From the NCBI GenBank assembly GCA_051294375.1, contig JBJCIZ010000378.1, positions 16,489 through 66,804 on the forward strand: a stretch of DNA of 50,316 nt, written 5' to 3'. This document shows, piece after piece, positions 1 to 12,918 of this stretch. Position numbers and translations under genes: made by a program. Every line of letters starts with the position of its first letter. Position 1 is the first letter of the stretch. A model generated the notes under the pieces. That model ran no database searches. It saw only the letters and a list, made by a program, of their open reading frames with translations, and had not been told where the DNA came from. The DNA comes from Paraspadella gotoi (taxonomy: Eukaryota; Animalia; Chaetognatha).

Positions 1-126
1 ATGAAATGAATCCTAGTCAAATTTTCTAAGCACTGCCCTGATCTTTGAATTCCCTTGCCGACAGATTTTTGTATTTTGTTTGCAAAATTTTATTTCTAAA
101 CAAGTGGTCACGGATCATAAGAGAGT

Positions 127-1355
127 TCAAGTTGATGTTATTTCAGCTGGCGTTGAAGATGTTGTTGGGGTTGGGGACGCTGTTGGAATTGCTGTTGGTG
201 TTGCAGGAAACCTAGCTGGAAGAGTTGACCTTGTCACGGGAACTAATATGGGTGGTGACTCAGGTCTACGTTCTGTGAATTTTTTTACCGATGAATCATG
301 AAGTGACGAATGGTGAAACCCATTGCAGACAGCACAATGACGATTAGACCGACAATGCTTGGAGACATGACCGGGCGTCAGACATCTAAAACAGAGTCGA
401 TGATTAGTAGCAAATAATTTCTTGTCATTGAAATGGAGAGTTCTGAATTGGAAGCAGTGGGTTATTGGGTGGTCATTTCTACAAAAGAGACAGGTCATAG
501 ATTTTGAANNNNNNNNNNNNNNNNNNNNNNNNNNNNNNNNNNNNNNNNNNNNNNNNNNNNNNNNNNNNNNNNNNNNNNNNNNNNNNNNNNNNNNNNNNNN
601 NNNNNNNNNNNNNNNNNNNNNNNNNNNNNNNNNNNNNNNNNNNNNNNNNNNNNNNNNNNNNNNNNNNNNNNNNNNNNNNNNNNNNNNNNNNNNNNNNNNN
701 NNNNNNNNNNNNNNNNNNNNNNNNNNNNNNNNNNNNNNNNNNGGAGAGGTAGAATTTTCTTTCCTATCATTTTTATCATTTAAAGGCAAGGTCACGTCGA
801 GTGGCGTGTCAAGGTGAGCCGTTTTTGACAGACTTTCTTTTTTCTCCTTTAACACTATTTTGATGTCACGCAGTTCCTTTTCTTTTATACTAAGCTCTAT
901 CTGAAGCTGTGAGACCTTTTTATTTTCAATTTCCATTCGCGCGACCTTTTCCTTTGTTTCTTTTAGCTCTTGCTTTATGTTGCAAAGTTCCAGTTCTTTT
1001 TCATTAAGTTCTTTGTTTCTTTTGTCGAGTTTAATTTGAAACTGTGAAATCTTTTCATTTTCTTTTTCCATTCTCACGACTATATCCTTTTTTTCTTTTA
1101 GCTGCTTCTTTACGTTGTTAAGCTCCAGTTCTTTTTCTTTAAGTTCCTTGCTACTGTTGTCGAGTTTGAACTGAATTTGTATAATTTTGTCATTTTTGTT
1201 TTTCATTTCTGCAAGTTTTTCTTTAGTTTCCTTTAGTTCTCTCTTGATGTCATAGAGTTCTTGTTCTTTTTTGCAGAGTTCGTTCCTTCCTTTGTCCAGT
1301 TTTAACTGGATTTGGGAAATTTTTTCATTCTGGTTTTTCATCCCTGCTAGTTCCT
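127..1355 (-). CDS. Coiled-coil + BEL/Pao-type triple zinc-knuckle protein (Gag-like), 3' part; contains a sequence gap
   Basis: ORF 127..1341 has ~4 tandem 45-aa coiled-coil units, then CLFCRNDHPITHC...CFRCLTPGHVSKHC...CAVCNGFHHSSLH (BEL/Pao Gag Cys-His array) and a P/T-rich tail. Bases 1-1355 are the reverse complement of ~22222-23503. Confidence 0.75.
509..742. other. Assembly gap (234 N)
   Basis: Run of N; the equivalent segment in the copy at ~22837-22995 is only ~160 bp. Confidence 1.
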
Positions 1356-2478
1356 GAGGAGAAGATGAACGATTTTTTCTTTGTCAAAGGAGATGAAACA
1401 TTAAAAACAAAGGAAAAACGATTTTTTTAATGTAAAAAAAGATAAACACGTAGAAAACACCGGCAAACAATATTTTCAATGTAAAGGCTAAAATAGTTAT
1501 AGAAGGGAATGGAATATCTATTATTAAAAACCGGAGTGGCGATAGCCACTAGAAAGGTGAGAACGACCCTGAAAAGTTCGGGTTCAATACGACATACAGC
1601 TTCACATCATCAAGGTTTTAAAATTGGGTGAGGACAGTTATTAAATATGTTTTTTTTACGTTTTACAATCAAAACAAACAAATTTCCTCTCTTTTATTTT
1701 TATGTCTCCTTCTCTCTCTCTTTTTCTCTTTTAATTATATGTAGATTTCTCACCTCTCAAGAAGATAAAAATGTTAAAAAATACCAGAAAACGACTTTTC
1801 CTTTGTAAAAAGATATGAAAACGTTAAAAATAACAGAAAACGATTTTTCGAATGTAAAAAGAAATAAAAACGTTAAATACACCGGCACGACGACATTTCA
1901 TATGTAAAAAGAGATAAAACGTTTAAAACACCACCAAACGATTTTCCAATATGAAAAGAGATAAAAACGTAGAAAACACCGGCAAATGATATTTTCAATG
2001 TAAAAGAAATAAAAACGTTAAAACTTCGCAAACAACTTTTCAATATAAAAGAGAATAAAAACGTTAAAAACACCGAAAAGTCTTTTCTATTGTAAAAAAG
2101 GATAAAAACGTTGAAAAACCCCAGAAAACAACTTCTTAATTGTTAAAGGAGATGAAAACTTTAAAAACAAAAAAAAACCGCTTTTTTCAAAATGTAAAAA
2201 GATATAAAACGTAGAAAACACCGGAAAACGATATTTTCAAATAAAAAAGAAATAAAAAAAAGTAAAAACTTCTGCAAACAAGATCATCGAGGTTGTTAAA
2301 ATTGGGTGAGGACAGTTATTAAATATGTTATTTTTACGTTTTAATCGAATCAAAACAAATTTTCCTCTCTTTTATTTTTATGTCTCCTTCTCTCTCTTCT
2401 CTTTTAATTATACGTAGCTTTCTCTCACTTCAAAAGATAAAAACGTTAGAAATAACAGAAAACGTTTTTTTCCAATTA
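1356..2478. repeat. ~50-bp AT-rich satellite (A-rich orientation) with spacer blocks
   Basis: Units like AAAAGAGATAAAAACGTTAAAAACACCGGCAAACGACTTTTCCAATGTA; reverse complement of ~29205-30305. Confidence 0.9.
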
Positions 2479-2790
2479 GATATGCATGTAGTTTCGCCGT
2501 CCGTGGCATTTTTCTCAATATTTTTTATAATCGATCGATAGGAAATGATGTCAATATTGCGCATGCAAATTTCAAGTCAATCGCCAACGCGTTTAGAAAT
2601 GGCAGGCATTCCTCTTCGCAAAACAGATTCGCGATCGAAAAAATAATTTTTTTGGTTCACTAATCGTTTGAACTAGCGCTCGCTTCGTAGTTATTTTTAT
2701 TTAAGCGGCGAACGATCGAGCGGAGAAGCCGGTAAGCGAAAAAATGCTCGTTCGGGTCTAATTGAATTTTTTTTAAAAAACAAATAGCCG
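2479..2790. mobile_element. Probable non-autonomous DNA transposon fragment (second copy ~28900-29204)
   Basis: CpG-rich island; the second copy reads CCGATTGACTTGAAATTTTG, a motif also at ~48848. No termini identified. Confidence 0.35.
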
Positions 2791-2943
2791 AATAATATTA
2801 AATACAAACGAATTAAGATAAAATGAATTGCAGAAGAATTAAGAGGAAAACTAATCTTTTTTAAATTCAACTAATAAATCAAAATGTGTGTTGCAAGGAC
2901 AGGATTTTAAGTTCAACAAACCAAATTTTAGCGAACATGGTTA

Positions 2944-3340
2944 TCAAATCCCTCTTTCCTTATGACGTAGCAGCGAATCTCTCTCGCCTTCAAACCAGGT
3001 GGGTAGATGGCGAGTAGGCGGCTGGCCGCGTCTCGGAGGCGCCGCAGGGACGGTCGGGGCGCCGTCTACTTTGTCGACGAAAGGTTTGAGACGGTCGACC
3101 GAGACGTCATCTAGGCGGCCTGTGAAATCGAGATGAATAGACTTGGCGCAACGAGAGACGATCTTGAAAGGGCCGTCATAAATCTGCGCCAAAGGGCGTC
3201 GCGGCAGACAAGCACGAAACGGCAGTTTTTGAGGCCGTCCGGGATTCTGTGGGGATGATCAGCGTGCGAGTCCCGTCGACCGGTCGTAAACGCATCCACT
3301 TCGCGCCGCAACACAAAGCTTTTAAATTTTCTATCAACTC
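2944..3340 (-). pseudogene. Gypsy integrase C-terminal (GPY/F) fragment, CsRN1-like
   Basis: Two frames join as IPDGLKNCRFVLVCRDA / YDGPFKIVSRCAKSIHLDFTGRLDDVSVDRLKPF, matching the YDGPF...V(S/T)xDRLKP integrase tail; frameshifted. Confidence 0.85.
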
Positions 3341-4186
3341 ATAAAAAATACCTGCAGCCGGCAGTTGGTAATTAATTGTTTAATTTAGGGTTTCGGTTAG
3401 GGATAATGTTGGATCGGGGGATAGGGATAATGATTAAGTTAGAAATAGTACTAACACAAAATTTTAATAATTTAATACACATTGGTCATAAACTACGCTA
3501 CATTTACAAGAAAAAGAAAATCTGACTAGCTGGATGACTGAGGGACAGGATCGGGATCAACAGAAACGACGAGGAAGCAGTTACGACGGTGAGAGCGACG
3601 ACGAAAGGAATGACGCATGGAACGACGATGGAAGCAGCTAAAAGAGAAGTTTTGTGCGTGTGTTTGAGTCCGCTGCTTCAGGAGCCGCCAGAAGGGGCCA
3701 GTAGATAAGCCAGTTAGATTATATTTATATATAGTATTACTACTAACCCTATAAATGTTAAAATCTCAAATGTTTTTCCCAAATTTTTTTTTATAGATTT
3801 GGGATTTGCCATAAAAAGTGCTAAAAAGAAATATAATTTCTTATTTAAAAAATTCTTTTATTAGTTGGTCAATAATCAAAAAAACTTTAAAAAAATTTTA
3901 AGCTGAAAATTAACTTTTATGTATTAAATATAATTTTGTAAATTTTTAACCAACTTAATCAATTAATGAAAGAATTTTTAAAATATTTTTATATTTTTCT
4001 TATATCAACTTTTGGTGAAGAATTCAAATTTGCCAGCAAAATTAAAAAAAGCCCATCTTGAAATTTTAAGATATTATAAGGATAGATAAACACAAAATAA
4101 TTTTTTTTATAAAATTAATGGATATTCATAATTTTGTTTTCTTTTAACTATCAGTTAGAGGGGCATTGCTATTACGTTCACCTTCT

Positions 4187-4420
4187 GTCGCGACCCGGTG
4201 GATGATTAAGTAATACCATCAGCACATGACTATTAGGTACTGGGATCAATCCCTAATGGTACCCTACTGGGCGGGAAGCGTGAGGGACAGCCCTAAATCG
4301 CCTTTGGGGCCTGGATATACCCTAAAGCCTGGTTGGAAGCCTAGGACTCGTTCCATTGCTGCTGGAGGGTGCAAAGAAGATACGAACAGTCTTCTGCCAG
4401 CTAGTGTCTTATCCACAGGA
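4187..4420 (+). mobile_element. Possible tRNA-derived SINE (second copy ~27275-27507, minus strand)
   Basis: ~230-bp GC-rich island in AT-rich DNA with a T-arm/B-box-like hairpin GGGATCAATCCC ~55 nt from its start; A box is poor. Confidence 0.35.
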
Positions 4421-5345
4421 TCGTCAAAAATATAAAGCTGTAAATATGAAGCCATAAACCAGTCGAATTGTTTAGAAAAAGAACCGCTTAAAAAGTGAAA
4501 TGGAAAATTAGTAAAACCATCAGAATAATAATCCGTGATATACTAAATACAGCTCGTTAAAACCTTGTATTGTTTAAATGTGCAACCTGTTTATCAGTGC
4601 TCTGAAAATAAATTGATATGCTTACTTTGTATTTCAACTGGAAGAAACCCTACAATAAAGTATGACAACTTTTTATTTTTTTAAAGCTTTTAGAATGCAT
4701 GGAACCAAATATTATTATAGCAAAAGCAAGAAACGTAATTCAAAAAAACAAACAACTGATTAAGCTTGCTCACTTTTGGGTATGCAGTTACTTACTTCTG
4801 TGCTCCTAAGGATACTGACATATAGTCAAATTAGGGGTAATATCTATTAATATCTAATAATTTGGAATAACAATATTTTATTTCATATAAATCAATACAT
4901 AAAATTAACAAAATAATTTTTCAACTAAAAAAAATTTGCTTGAGACGCCAATCGTTCTTCGTAATGCAGACAAAACAAAATCTGGAGAAAAAGAAAGAAA
5001 TTAAATATTTTATACTTACTCATACTTATATATTTTTATATATTTATTTCTTTTCATATTAACAATGCTATTATATATTAACAAATAACTGATTTGCATA
5101 AATTCGGAAGCAACAGAAATACCTGCCTTCCACAGCTGAGTCAGATTTGCATCAAGCGGTTTGACGTGCGAACATCTTAGTGGTGAGTAACAGAGGTGAC
5201 CTTTTATAATTTTTAAATTTCAAATGATAGTTATATTAAAAATTGACGGTGCATAGGCTAATTAAAATCAAACAGCAGCATAAAAATAAACTTGTGTGTC
5301 TTACATTTAAAATCATCCTTCAGATAGAGGAATTCTAAAGTCCCT

Positions 5346-5761
5346 GGCAACTCGAGTTGACCTCGGTCATCAAGATAACCTCAGTCACAAAAGAATTCTT
5401 TCACCGAACTACAGTGAGGCCTAGTCACCGTCGTCGTCGTCGTCTGCCTTCTCTTTTATATTGTGAAAAAAGATCATTCCAATCTCAAGCCAAAAACAGA
5501 AAACTATTTTTTATCTCTCTCTTTTATTCGATGTCAGAATTATTATTATAAACTACATTTAAACCCATTGAATCTTTTTCAAGTATATTGTCAATTTATT
5601 ATTGTTTTTGAATATTTATAATTCAGTGTTGAAACGTAAACCTTTTTTTTGCTTTGTTATTGACTTTTTAAGGGATTAATATAAAATTAATTAAATTAAA
5701 TCAACTACTTAATTCTTTGTGACAGAGGTGATCTTGATGACCAAGGTCAACTCGAGTCGCC
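5346..5761. mobile_element. MITE with ~51-bp terminal inverted repeats
   Basis: GGCAACTCGAGTTGACCTCGGTCATCAAGATAACCTCAGTCACAAAAGAATT vs reverse complement of the right end GGCGACTCGAGTTGACCTTGGTCATCAAGATCACCTCTGTCACAAAGAATT. Flanks AAAGTCCCT / AAATGTCCA resemble a decayed 9-bp (MULE-type) TSD. Confidence 0.8.
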
Positions 5762-6498
5762 AAATGTCCATTAATGTTACTATTATTACTACAAATACGT
5801 ACCTCCATATTTATATTTAAAACTTCAGTCTTAGGGTCAATGTTGACATCATTTTCCGAACTGGAATTTAGGAGATATGTGACTGGCCATTCGTCGTGCG
5901 TCATTTTGGTGCTGACTGCTGAGCTTTGACGCTTGATCCTTAGCATCAAGTCTAAAGTAAATTAACATGCAAAAACAGGCAAATATTTGTTGGTTTATAG
6001 CTTATAGTTGTAGAAGCTCCTTAACATTGATTTTCATTATTTGCATCTCCCATACTTCCTTACCGTATGCTCTTTCCACCGCATCCTCATCTCAATAACA
6101 CTCAAAACGCTCTGAAGGAGTAACGTTTTTTGGCGCCGTGGTTGATGAAGCAAGCACGAGTCGAGAAAGCGTTGAAAAGGGTGGGAAAACCAAGGTCCAA
6201 AAATTAAAGTCACAGTAAAAAAATTATTACTTAAGCAAATAGATTATTAATCTATAAAGCAAGTATATTTCATGAATAAAAAACATCATATATTAGTATA
6301 TATATATATCAAATATCATTATATTAGTAAATTTTCACATTTAAATACTATATACTATATAAGAAAAGCTCACGGCTCCTTTACCAGATCAAAAACTTGA
6401 ATTCAATATTAAAATTTGAAATAAATGTAAGAATTTAATAAATTTTATTATATATTAGATTTAATTTTATTCTTTATTTAGAGTATGTTCTTTTATAA

Positions 6499-6553
6499 TG
6501 TTATGGGGAGAGGAATGTTAGTGTTGTCTTCTGGAAATAGAGGGAGCATCTAT
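6499..6553. mobile_element. Isolated 55-bp copy of the LTR terminus at 40484 (also 25145-25199, reverse)
   Basis: TGTTATGGGGAGAGGAATGTTAGTGTTGTCTTCTGGAAATAGAGGGAGCATCTAT matches 40484-40538 with a few substitutions. Confidence 0.75.
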
Positions 6554-7584
6554 ATCTTAATATTTATCTAATATTTTTATAATATTGATTAAATAATATT
6601 TTAAATTGTTTCCTTAGATAAACGATAGTAAAAGACTACCTCATATTTTTTGTTACAGAACTTCAAATAATGCAATTTAAAGGTCAAAATAATTAGCATA
6701 TTTTATTAATTGTTGTATTTTAATATTTGTATATTTTTTTAATAATGCACTTATTTTATACAAATTAAAATTTAAATAATTCGTAGCAATTTAAAATATT
6801 TTTTTTACATAAATTTATTCAAAAAAATTTTGAAAAATAAAACCATCTAAAAATTAAAAAAGTGAAAAACTGGGACTAATTTAAATTGAATATTTTGCAC
6901 AGAAAAATTCATAAAAATTACATTCTAAATATAGTATCATAAATGGTAAGAACTTATCATTGACATTGTTATCTCGGAAATAAAATTTAACGACACAGTT
7001 CCGCACGATATGTACAGTTAACAGACATTGGGACACACTGTATTTAGTATTTACCTTTCATCCTCCTTCGTCGCTTTCTTACAAGATTGAAGCAGCGTTG
7101 GGTGGAAGTTTTCTCATGCGCAAAAGATCGATTGTTAAAAACTGTCTGGCACTTGGTGGACGTGTATTAAAGTTCATAAACATTCTAATTGAAGTGACAA
7201 ATAGTGGTAAAATTTTACTTTCGCCAAGCAGCGTTTGGCGTCGGTGAAAGTAAAATTATGCAATGCAATGCAAACATATAGAATATAGAATTATTGATCC
7301 AAAATTTCGGCCTTCCTGGAAATCAATACGCTCTGGAGGCCTATGGGAAAGCGAAGAGCAAAGTTTTTCTTAAAGAATTAACGGAAAAAAGAGGAACGAA
7401 ATGGAACAGAAGAGATAACATTCTGGGAAAAAAAATAAAGGAATTCAGATATCATAATCTTTTTTTAATATTTTTATTTTTGTTATATAAAATTGGTACA
7501 ACTAATATATATTTGGGTAAAAATTAAGGTTACAATAAATTATAGTTAAGAATAAATTAAGAATAAGTGTAAGTTAATTAGAAA

Positions 7585-7835
7585 AATAAGTTAAGGTTAA
7601 AAATAAGTTAGGGGTAAGTTAGGGTTAAGGGTAAGTTTAGGTTAAGGGTAAGTTTAGGTTAGGGTAAGTTTGGGTTAAAGATAAGTTAGGGTAAGGGTAA
7701 GTTATGGTTGAGGGTAAGTTAGGGTTAAGGGTAATTAGGGTTTCAGGGTAAGTTTTAGGTTATGGGTAAGTTTAGGTTAGGGGTAAGTTTGGGTTAAGGG
7801 TAAGTTTTGGTTAAGGGTAAAATTTAGGGGTAAAT
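7585..7835 (+). repeat. Telomere-like ~17-18-bp minisatellite (GGTAAGTTAGGGTTAAG)n
   Basis: Degenerate units containing TTAGGG/TTAAGGG/TTTAGG. Confidence 0.85.
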
Positions 7836-7867
7836 TAAAGTTAAATTTAAAATTAAATTTCGGCTTA

Positions 7868-10381
7868 AATATACAATAATTTAACATTTTTAAAAAAAAT
7901 ATTTAAATAATAATAAATTTATAAAAAAATATATAATAATCAAGATAGAGGCTCACCTTACCGCCAGAACCTCTCTCTCCCCGGGCCTTCTCTTCCCCCT
8001 CTCAACGCCTCCTCCTCCCCTCGTCGTCCCCTCCTCTTCATCCCCGGAGTCACGGATAGAGTCTTGGAGATCGGACAGTCTCTCTCAACTTCTCTCTCGG
8101 TCTCGGGTCTGCAAACCTTCCTCTCCCTTCTCTCCCTTTTATGTACCCTTGCTCCCTTTGTTGTAGCTATTTACCCATTACCAATATATTCCTTACCCTT
8201 CTTACCTCTTTTCCCTGATGAGAGACTAGTTAGAACCTACCTTTAGCTAGATACCCATCTTCCCAGTGACGCCCAATCAGGCTCTCCCCAAGGTTTAACC
8301 TTCCCAGGATTAAGTTTCCTGCTCTACCGACTAAACTGGCTAACCGGCAAACCCTCCCAACCCACCCTAATTTTTTTTTCTTCCATCTTTCCTAATCTTA
8401 ATTTTTTTTCATCCTAATTTTTTTCTTATCTTCCTCGTGCGCAAAAAAAACAAACAAAAAACTCTACCTGATATTTTCACAAAAAATTTTTTCTCTGCAT
8501 TGCGCAAAATCGTTTGAAAAAAACTGTTTCTTTCAACTCAAGCCAAATGAAAATAGAAGAAGAACCACGCCCATCTCACACATAAACAGTAAGATCACTA
8601 ATCCGCCCTTTTTATTTTTAGCTAATCCGGGACATTTAGTGTTGTACTGTAACACAATAAAATCATAATCTTTCTGCCTTTTAGCAAAATAATCCGGGCC
8701 ATTAATGTAATTCTTTTTCCCTTCCTATTTTTCCTTACTATTTTACTATCTCCTTCACTCAAATTCAATTTTGATAGTTTCGATTTTATAATATTTTTGC
8801 TTCACTGTTAAATTTTAACTTTACACTGCCTCACTATTTTAACTTCAATTTTATTCTGTATTCTACTGTTCCATTACTGTACTCAGTATTCCTTTTAATT
8901 ATACTATTTTCACTCACTATTTCCATTTTCATACTTTGTCTATTTTAACACATTCCTATTTCGCTTTTTATTAATTCACTATTTCAACTCTCTATTTCAA
9001 TCTTCATACACTTACTATTTTAACTCACCATTTCCGACTTTCGATTCACTAATTCAACTAACTATTACGATTTTCATTGAATCACTATTTTCATCTCTCT
9101 ATTTCAATTTTTATATATTCACTATTTTGATTCACTCTTTCGATTTTTATTGCTACACAAACATTAACTCACCATTCCGACTTTCGATTCACTAATGCAC
9201 CATTTCATTTTCATTGATCACAATATTTTCACTCACTTTTTCGATTTATTTTTAACTATTTCAACGCACAATTTCTATCTTTCTCCTAAAACTACCGTCC
9301 CTCTCTTTATTTTAGCCTTTCATCCTTCACAATTTCTTTGCTGCCGCACTGATCCCCCCCTCTCTCCACCGATGGATTCGAATCGCGCATTCTTTTACTA
9401 ACCCTCCCCTCCTTGACCCGTGAGTCGATCCTCGATCCAGCGTTCTTTTTTTCGCGTATTTTTCTTCATTTGCTCTTCTTCCTATCCTCTCTTCTCTCTT
9501 CCCTTTACCTTGCACTTCTCTTTCCTCATCCATTTCTCACTCGATAGAGCAGCTGCAACGAGGTTTGACCTCTGGCGAAAATACTGAACGCCATCCCCAA
9601 ACCCTAGATTCTCCATCTCTCCCTCTTGCCGTCTCTTACCCGCTCTCAAAAACCATGAAACTCTGAAAAGTCGAAAACCGAAAAAAAAAAAGATCGTTGA
9701 CCGCTCCCTTTTCTTTCTCTCTGGACTTCGTCGTCACGTGATCTGGCTTCGCTCCCTCTCCCTTCTTGAACGTTTCGTCTCTCTCTCTCTCTCTTTCCTT
9801 TTTTTTTTCTCTCTCTCTCTCCTCCTGGTCAAAATCTCTCGCTTGTTGCTGCACACTTAACGTCGTCACGTGATCAGGCAACGCTACAAGAAAAAACCAG
9901 ATCTGACTGAGCTCCCTATCCCTTTAAAAAAAAAAAAAATCTCGCCGCTGAGTTTGCCTCTCCTCTCTCTCTCTCTCTCGCTCCTCTCACTATCTCTCTC
10001 TCTTTCTCTCTCTTCCCTCTCCCTCTCTCTCACTTCCTCTCTCTCTCACATCTTCTCTCCTCTCACTCCCTCTCTCGTTTCTTCTTGGTTTCTTTGTCCT
10101 TTCTCAGAATGATACCATTCAATATGAGGATGAATACTCTCAATTTATGAGGAAGCTCCCTGGACCGACGTTGTTCCCAATCTATTTCAAACATAGAAAA
10201 CAGGTTTGAGAAATTAGAAAAGGTTCTAATAGACAAAATAGTAGGCGCGTATGAGTCCAGAATAGATCAATGGGATACAAGATATTCACAACTTCGATCT
10301 TTGTACGACAAAAGAGGAGACGGACTTCTTGAGAGCAAACAAAAGCTTTATGACTTAACTCAAGAGCTAAAAGAACTAAGG
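7868..10381 (+). repeat. Direct copy of 19712-22221 (upstream region and 5' part of the Gag-like gene)
   Basis: Collinear match from AATATACAATAATTTAAC to ...AACTAAGG, ending at an N gap. Confidence 0.95.
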
Positions 10382-10406
10382 NNNNNNNNNNNNNNNNNNN
10401 NNNNNN
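10382..10406. other. Assembly gap (25 N)
   Basis: Run of 25 N. Confidence 1.
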
Positions 10407-12918
10407 CCTCACTATTTTAACTTCAATTTTATTCTTATTCTTACTGTTCCATTACTGTAACTCATATTCCTTTTAATTATACTATTTTCACTCACTATTT
10501 TCCATTCATACTTTGTCTATTTTAACACACCATTTCTCTTTTATTAATTCACTATTTCAACTCTCTATTTCAATCTTCATACACTTACTATTTTAACTCA
10601 CCATTTCCACTTTCGATTCACTAATTCAACTAACTATTACATTTTCATTAATCACTATTTTCATCTCTCTATTTCAATTTTTATATATTCACTATTTTGA
10701 TTCACTTTCTTATTTTTATTTCTACACAAACATTAACTCACCATTCCACTTTCATTCACTAATGCACCATTTCCATTTTCATTTATTCACAAATATTTTC
10801 ACTACTTTCTTATTTTATATACTATTTCAACCACAATTTCTATCTTTCTCCTAAACTACCGTCCCTCTCTTTATTTAGCCTTTCATCCTTCACAATTTCT
10901 TTCTCCCACTTATCCCCCCCTCTCTCCTCACCATTATTCGAATCCATTTTTTACTAACCCTCCCCTCCTGACCCGTGAGTCGATCCTCGATCCAGCGTCT
11001 TTTTTTCGCTATTTTTCTTCATTTGCTCTTCTTCCTATCCTCCTCTCTCTCTTTCCCTTTACCTTGCACTTCTCTTTCCTCATCCATTTCTCACTCGATA
11101 ACAGCTGCAACATTTGACCTCTGCAAAATACTGAACCCATCCCCAACCCCTAATTCTCCATCTCTCCCTCTTGCCGTCTCTTACCCCTCTCAAAAACCAT
11201 GAAACTCTGAAAAGTCAAAACCAAAAAAAAAAAGATCTTACGCCTCCCTTTTCTTTCTCTCTGGACTTCGTCTCACGTGATCTGGCTTCGCTCCCTCTCC
11301 CTTCTTGAACGTTTCGTCTCTCTCTCTCTCTTTCCTTTTTTTTTCTCTCTCTCTCTCTCTTCCTTTCAAAATCTCTCCTTGTTGCTTCACACTTAACGTC
11401 GTCACGTGATCAGGCAACCTACAAAAAAAACCAGATCTGACTGACTCCCTATCCCTTTAAAAAAAAAAAAAATCTCGCCGCTGAGTTTGCCTCTCCTCTC
11501 TCTCTCTCTCTCGTCCCTCTCACTATCTCTCTCTTTTCTCTTCTCTCCCCCCTCTCTCTCACTTCTCTCTCTCTTCACTCTTCTCTCCCTCTCACTCCCT
11601 CTCCGCTTTTCTTCTTTTCTTTATCTTTCTCTAAATAAATTAAAGTTCTCTTGTCAAAATTATCTACCATTTCCAACTATATATATAATTTACTTCTCTA
11701 TTTATACCTTTAATCTTTCTATCGGCATTCCACTTACTCTCTAAAATCTCTCTTCATACATTCTTCCAAATTAAATAAAACCAAAATATTTTCATCAATT
11801 AAATTATAACCTTACTAGACAGATAATATCTATTATCTAACATAATATAACTTATTAAATTATAAATCTTAAATAATCATAAAAAATACTACAAATTCTT
11901 AAAAAAACAAAAAGCTTTATCAAGCAATAACTCTATACTTAATATAAACTAAATACAAAAACTTTCATAAATGAAAATCAAATACAAGTATTTCACAAAT
12001 TCAATTATAAAATTGACAACACCCGATTAATAACTCCTCAAGAAATAACATATCTTAATAATTCCGATATAGTACTTTAAATTAAACACAAATTTTATAA
12101 AAAAATTATTATAAATCAACGAAACCGATTTCACTTACTCTCCCTCACTACTCCAACCTTACGCTACAAATTATAAAAATTTAAACTTTCTCCTATCTCC
12201 TGTCTTCTTACCGTCCTCTGCTTACAACATCCTCGATTCTATACAATAATTATTTCTCCACACATTTCTTCATCTAATCAAGAAATCCTTTCTAAATATA
12301 TTCTCTCAAATAACACTCAATCTCAATTAAAAAACACTCAAAACTTGCTTACTCTCCTCCTCAACCTCTAACAAATCTTTACCTGTCTACTTCTCCAATA
12401 CCACTCAATAACGCCACTCTTACAATTCATAACTCTTATTAATTACAGTAAATTATTTATCTACCAAACCTCTACTTCTTTTAATTCTCTCCCTCATTCT
12501 CCAATCATTCTTTCTAATTCTTTCTCTCAGATTTTCACATTCCTCAACTTTCGATATTCGATCTCTATAAACCACAAAACTAACTTTCATTTACCACCCC
12601 CATTAGTTTTCCATACTTATCAACTTTTCCATCAATCGAACATCACAGAACCAACAACACGCAACTTCCTAACAACAACATCGAACATTCAATAGCCTAA
12701 AACATCCAATTCACCAACAATTTCTCTACAACCCAACATCACTTCTTCCAAATCCATCCAATATAATATTCTTCAAACTCCATCTCTTATTATCTTCTAC
12801 TCATCTCCAATTAAAACCATAAATAAAATATTTTAAACAAAACATAAAATACTTTTTCATATGTAATCAAATAACAATCAATCCTCTCAAATTTTTATTA
12901 AAGATTTATTCTAAAACC
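10407..12918 (+). repeat. G-depleted low-quality copy of the Gag-like locus (~20668 onward)
   Basis: Aligns to 20668+ with G residues deleted (TTCTGTATTC to TTCTTATTC); the zinc-knuckle region is recognisable around 12360-12560. Confidence 0.85.

Larger units (their letters stand above)
1356..7871 (-). repeat. ~6.5-kb near-identical inverted copy of 23821-30305
   Basis: Collinear reverse-complement match checked at both ends and internally (integrase fragment, MITE, telomere-like array); differences are mostly 1-nt indels. Confidence 0.95.

Noticed and set aside
8214-8260. CTGATGA as a hammerhead core (also ~19500 and ~20060)
   Set aside because: No stem II or GAAA box follows.
11620-12918. 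APOBEC-type G-to-A hypermutation
   Set aside because: G residues are deleted rather than replaced by A.
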